This document shows, piece after piece, positions 60,630-64,000 of a stretch of 64,000 nt of DNA. Below the pieces are notes generated by a model. The model saw only the letters and a program-made list of their open reading frames with translations. It ran no database searches and had not been told where the DNA came from. The stretch is from Antedon mediterranea (taxonomy: Eukaryota; Animalia; Echinodermata), in NCBI RefSeq assembly GCF_964355755.1, contig NC_092677.1:19056101-19120100 (forward strand), written 5' to 3'. The first letter of the stretch is position 1. The number at the start of each line of letters is the position of its first letter. The position numbers and the translations under genes are program-made.

Positions 60630-61680
60630 GACAAACATATACACAAGATGCTCATATAAACAAAGTCTTATTACAAGTCCTTGGGAGTGGAGTTGTAATT
60701 TTGTCCTTAGAGAAAATCCTGACATGTGACAGGACTTCCACCCAGAATCCTTGATGTGGTAGCCAAGCATCATAACCACCAAGCCACAACTCCACTCCTA
60801 GAGCAGATGTGGTGCACCCACTCGTTGCCCCGGAGGAGCGAAGTGGGGCCCATCCAACTCCACCAACAGGCGGCGGTCTTCCGTGCGAAAGATGTGTCTG
60901 CAGGCGTCCTTCTGCTCTGCGTTGAAATGCTCCACCGACAGTCACCGTGTAAAGCTGAAATAGGCTAGGGGCAAAACACTCCTGAACCTATCGACCAGTA
61001 ACACAGTCGAGGAGAAGTTATGAAACAGAATGCGTACACTTCTTGAAATTCGTGCTAGCTGCAAGATGTTAAGGCAGTTCTGGTAGCACGTTTCCGCCAT
61101 TGGGTCATTGCGGCTGCCTCTCATGTTCAGGCAGATCGCTAGGTGGTGTCGCCAGAAGGCCGCGCAACACTCCTGTCTAAACCAATCGGCTACCAGAACG
61201 GAGTGGTCCAGGCCAATCTTCCTGAGCAGGTAACGCCGGAGCGCACCAAGGCTTTCAGTCGGGAGAGTTGACCAGGAGAGACACCGCCACCTCATACCCC
61301 TCTCGCCGAAGGCAATAGATCTCCTCTGCTGAAGGGTAGGAGGGAGGGTCGCAAAAGATGGCGACACCCCCGACAGGTTGTACCGGCTTCATCTGAGCTC
61401 CAGCAGGCTCAGCTAGTAAGCTCCATCAGCGTTGCTTGAGGAGACAGCCTCAGAGAGGAGTGCAAGCGGTCCGGTTGGAAGTGGGCGTTGAACACTCCTT
61501 GCGTTGTGCGTACTGTCTTCTTCTCCCGCCTGGGGGGGGGTCGGTGACCTGACCCTCCTCTTGGAGGGCGAGCTGCGTTTGACGTTCTTAGGTCTGGTGG
61601 CTGAGCGAGGAAATCACCGATTGGTGAATAGTCTATCAGCCAGTAGTCTGTAGATGAAGTGTCGTTCAACAAAACGTCCT
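60630..61680 (-). pseudogene. GC-rich disrupted reading frame of unknown origin
   Basis: Sharp GC rise relative to the flanks. ORFs 61409-61672 and 60942-61367 are nearly contiguous, and the latter frame continues past isolated stops to about 60630. No motif recognised. Confidence 0.3.
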
Positions 61681-62429
61681 GTCATCTGCATACTGTATAG
61701 GTACTGTAGGTCTAGTGGCGCCATCACAAAGTCTCCCTATCATAAAGTCGAGAATACATACTCTAATGCATAGGATAAGTTAAAGCAACGCGAACTGATT
61801 TAATTGATTTAAAACGTCCGATTTCCTGCTGTTTTGATAATTGTTTTCACATTTCTCTTCATTTAACTTCACTTCTACTAGGCCTAGGCTAGTCAAATTT
61901 TCACCATTGTTCTTTTATTTTATTCCAAATTTAATAATAGTTTTAACAATCTTAATTTTAATTCATTTAGTAAACAAATCTCTTCACACTTTTTATTTTA
62001 ATCTACCAAGGAGGAGGTATATTTTATTTGTAGTCGATCGTGTGTTTTTGTTTGTTTGTTAGCAGGATTATTCAAAAAGTGATTGCAATGCAAGATCTTT
62101 ACAGAAAGATATGTGGTCAAGGACCACTCCAATTTAAAGCCAGTTAATAAATAAAAATTCATATATTTAATGTCAAAAAAAGGACTCGTTACTACTACAG
62201 TAGGTTGTCTCACATTTAATGTCATAAACCACATAGTTCCAACCTATATATGGCCTAATCCCATCATGAAAGACGATAACCTACTCTGCTAGTGACGAAT
62301 ACTACAAAGCCTTTCACATTCAGCAACATATGCATTGGCAGGTAATTGGTGAGGTTGGAGGCAAGAGTTTCCCAAAAACCAGTGGAAATATTAAAAGAAA
62401 AAAGATTACGCAAGTTGATAACATTTTTA

Positions 62430-62660
62430 AAACCGAGTTTTGGACGTCTGCATGGTCAGGCTGAGTCAGACAGTTCACCATAGAAAATATTTTTGGTAGG
62501 CGGTAATCTTACTGCCGAAATAACATGACCAGACCAGCATAAGCGCCGTTTTCTAAGCATGGTAAATATATCAGTTGTACTAATAATTGACAAGAAACTC
62601 CTGATGACTAAACGTGGTCCAGGACTCAGAGCAATATAACAGGACACTTAGCACACGCAA
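62430..62660 (-). mobile_element. RTE-type LINE 3' remnant
   Basis: LRKRRLCWSGHV..KNIFYGEL. Confidence 0.65.
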
Positions 62661-62880
62661 TGTATGCGAGTCTTCAATTTGATGACAAATGCAACAAAAG
62701 TAAACACAACAGCACCATACAATCTCAAACTGTTGGTTTATTTGCTGTTCCTCATCCTAAGACTTACAAGCATAGCGTTGACTATAGAGCCTTATCCTTA
62801 CATAATAATCTCCCGTCCTTTATTCAATCTACTGTAGGAAATTTTAAGAAAAACAAATATCTTATCCATTGAGACCCATG
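62660..62880 (+). mobile_element. CR1/L2-type LINE 3' remnant
   Basis: KHSVDYRALSLHNNLPSFIQSTVGNFKK resembles the WNxLP..FK terminus. Confidence 0.5.
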
Positions 62881-63599
62881 TCCTAAACTTAACAAGTTTT
62901 CTGACCTGTGTCTCTTTTTTTTTTATCTTTTGTGGTAGCCACCACCTTTATTCATCATTCAATCTTTCATAAATATATTACAATTGTTGTATATATTCTC
63001 ATTTCATATAATACAGTATATAATACATTTCTGTTTCCTCAGTAGTTTTACTTTTTTTTTTCTATTAACACATGTTATTTTCAACATCCTACTTAACATC
63101 TAATATTCAATTACCAATGTTTGTTTTTTCTTCTGATTAGAACAATCAGTTGTATTCATTTCGTAACCTGTTCTTATATAATTTCTACTAGTACTGATTT
63201 CTTTTTTGTATACATATAATCTATTCTAACCCTTTCCCATTCTCTTAGCTTTTTTTTTTCATTTTTTTTTTTAGATATTTACAATCATAGTATACTATTA
63301 CCGTTGCATTTGTTTCGATCAAACATATATTTAATTAACAATGCATATTCTCTCTTTTAACTGTAAATTACTACTTACTAGCTATTTAAACTAACAAAAT
63401 ATTAACATTGCTTTTTATTTTGAATAACAAAATATTTTCATTTAACATTGCTTTTTAATTTTATTTTAAAAAAATCCACTTTTCAACAGAGTTTCTTTTG
63501 CCTTATTGTTACATAAAATTTACTTGAAACATAGCGAATGTTGCATGAAATAGTTAGTGAGTCCAAGATATATCATAAAAACCATAAAATATTTAACTA

Positions 63600-64000
63600 C
63601 ATAAAATGTCGTATATTATGTTACCAATCTTAGTACAAATATTGCACACTCCTTGTGATTAGTTCATTATGAAAGACATTAATAAGATTGTTTTTATGGT
63701 TACTGTGTTTAAATTTACATATTGAGAATTTAGCAATAAAAATAATTTTATTTATACAGTATTTACAATTCATTCTTTGTGCGTAAAATCCAAACATAAC
63801 ATGTTCTAACTCTATATTTATCATTATATTTCGTCTCAGTTCATCCCATAAACAGGAGACTCTGGGACACAGATATAAATAATGTTCTATATTATCTATC
63901 AATTGTGCATTACAGAAGTTACAAAACTGATCTTCAATTATTCCCATTTTTTTCAGTAAAATGTTTGTTGGGTAACAATTATTCAGGATTTTCCAGTTTG
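63600..64000 (-). mobile_element. L1/Tx1-clade LINE 3' end (zf-RVT-like CCHC), running off the window
   Basis: MGIIEDQFCNFCNAQLIDNIEHYLYLCPRVSCLW..INKIIFIAKFSICK. Confidence 0.75.

Overview
AT-rich, repeat-dense eukaryotic (invertebrate-like animal) genomic DNA. It is not prokaryotic, so the ORF track misses the spliced genes. Host genes reconstructed by hand: (1) the last seven coding exons of a Gs-alpha (GNAS) gene on + (12689-26081); (2) a complete 8-exon CENP-N-like gene on - (57266-41829, 353 aa); (3) two single-coding-exon RING-coiled coil-NHL (TRIM-NHL-like, no B-box) paralogs, one free-standing on - (31964-33841) and one nested antisense inside CENP-N intron 3 (49387-51108), plus possible eroded remnants of a third. 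The most striking feature is a young Penelope-like retroelement (RT + GIY-YIG) with inverted pseudo-LTRs carrying variant hammerhead ribozyme motifs. It inserted on a CENP-N splice donor and duplicated it as its 12-bp target-site duplication. A second, free-standing minimal hammerhead lies sense in CENP-N intron 1. The rest is MITEs (pogo-, piggyBac-, Kolobok-, Harbinger-, MULE-, Merlin-like), rolling-circle-like repeats, SINEs, decayed LINEs, minisatellites and an excess of TA-x-TA motifs resembling transposon excision footprints. All family assignments are from motif recognition by eye; no searches were run, and I cannot show that any of this is a genuinely undescribed system.
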